The position numbers and the translations under genes are program-made. Positions 62,236 to 64,000 of a DNA stretch of 64,000 nucleotides are shown piece by piece; the first letter of the stretch is position 1, and each line of letters opens with the position of its first letter. Under the pieces are notes generated by a model, which saw only the letters and a list, made by a program, of their open reading frames with translations, did no database searches and was not told where the DNA came from. The DNA is from Antedon mediterranea (taxonomy: Eukaryota; Animalia; Echinodermata). The DNA is taken from assembly GCF_964355755.1 (NCBI RefSeq), contig NC_092674.1:3472001-3536000 (forward strand), read 5' to 3'.

Positions 62236-64000
62236 CTAAAAAAAAAATTACAAATTGGTTAATAAAAATAGAAATAAAATTGACAAAAAAAGTAAATATT
62301 AATACATTACAGTAGAACTTCTAGTAAGGGGACACCTTTGGACCCAAAAAAGTTTCCTCTTAATTGGGGCAGGGCAGCTCCCTCTTAATTGGGGCAGGGC
62401 AGCTCCCTCTTAATAGGTGTTAAAATATACAGTAGAACAACACACCTTCAGAACCAAATAAAGTGTCCCCCTAATAGGGTCATAGTGTTAAAACGTATAG
62501 GTGCATTTTAATACAACATTTTTTAAATATTAAATTAAAAAAATGTTTTTATGAATATGTTATTTTCAGTTGCTTTAACCATGTAAGTGAATACAGAGAA
62601 AAATAATTGTCAGTGATTTGGTTAAGCTGTCGTTGGCTCTCTGACGTCAAGAAAAGATTTCTCTCAATCTTCTTAATTGGATTCAATTCAATGACTGAAG
62701 GAGCTTAGGACGAATCCGCTTCGCATAGAAATCTTTTCTGTACGCAGGCCGCTAATAAATTCCAAGTACTGCTTGTATAGTAACCGGCAATAATTAGTAC
62801 AGCGCTTCTGATTGGCTGTGTAAAATGATGAATTGTAAATGATTAATTTTAGTGTGTTCTGTAACGGTTTTACCTTACGCGTTGAGTGGTTATTATTATA
62901 ATTAGCAGCGTGTGTTGGGTATAGTTACCATATGTTAGAGTATTAACCTTTATTATTTAGACTTTTAGCCTGTTTATTAATCTTTATATTTAACATATTA
63001 TATTATATTAACAGTACATTAATTAATGTGCAGTGACATTTTTAAACTAGGCCTATTGCAATAGACCCGTTTGTTCACTACTAAAATAATGGTATATTTA
63101 CTATATGTTAGATTATTAACATTTATTAATCAGGTTTTTAGCCTATTAAGTATTATTAGCCTTTATATATTTAACATATTATTATTATATTAACAGTACA
63201 TTCATTAATGTACAGCGACATTTTTAAATATCAAGTCTGTATAAATCAAGCCTATTGAAATAGACATGGTTGTTAACTATACTTCATCTTTTAGCCACTT
63301 TTTATCAGAGAATTATGTTGTTTTTGTGATTTTCTGTGTTGGTGGAATTGTCTGTGTATTTTTACTGTTTTATTTATTATATATGATGATGATACTGTGT
63401 GCCATTGTCAAAACAAATTTCTTAATTCTTTTTAATGGACAAATAAAGATACTATGACTACTAACTTAATGTTTTATTATGTTATGAATGTTTTTTAATA
63501 CAATAGACACCAGATATTATTATTATTATTATTACTTAGCTATTATGATCTCATTATACAATTTGTATCTCATTATTATTTTACACATTTCCTCGTGAAT
63601 ATTTTAATACTCCAAAGGAAAAAGGAAATATTGAAATATACAATGAGGTCACCAGCCATATGTTAGAATTATACTGTACTTTGCCGATAGAGATTTATAA
63701 CAGAACCTTATTATGATGATTGGAATGCAACACAATAACCAATTATCTGGCATACAATGGATATGGGATTTTATTGTAAGCTTTATACACAAGAAGAATG
63801 TGGGCACTCTTTTGAGCCAGCCAGAATGGCAGGCTGCTTTGTACCAATACAGTATATCAACAGTGCCAGTGTCACACACAATAATACAATTATAGCATTA
63901 TCATTATTATCAACATATGGCTAATATGTTTATATGTATAATGAGTAAATTATAAATATAAATGCATGTAAGTTGTGAAAAATTATGAGGTCATGATAGG

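Noticed and set aside
63640-63900. Coding-looking stretch near the window end
   Set aside because: Short ORFs with no recognisable motif and no splice-compatible link to the MFS gene

Overview
AT-rich, intron-containing animal genomic DNA, probably a marine invertebrate; this taxonomic placement is inference only. The ORF track mostly catches single exons, so I built gene models by reading splice sites by eye. Eight host genes in order: a BTB-BACK protein (+), a NEU1-like sialidase (+), a cAMP-receptor-like 7TM GPCR (+), MIS12 (-), PCTP/STARD2 (+), MMADHC (-), HLTF (+) and a 5'-incomplete OxlT-like MFS transporter (-). Introns and intergenic DNA are dense with mobile DNA: a full-length RTE LINE with a 13-bp TSD and one nonsense codon, a MULE derivative whose transposase remnant is split by a foldback element, nested hAT-like elements, about 19 copies or fragments of one MITE family, SINE fragments and minisatellites. 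Most notable observations: (1) a complete type I hammerhead ribozyme inside a 122-bp-period direct repeat at 57694-57872, resembling a very small retrozyme or Penelope-derived unit; (2) the GPCR gene has a duplicated, apparently mutually exclusive TM1-TM2 exon pair and a duplicated pair of alternative C-terminal exons; (3) a U12-type intron in PCTP; (4) a pseudoknot-compatible 5' end on the RTE. All calls are manual readings; no searches were run.
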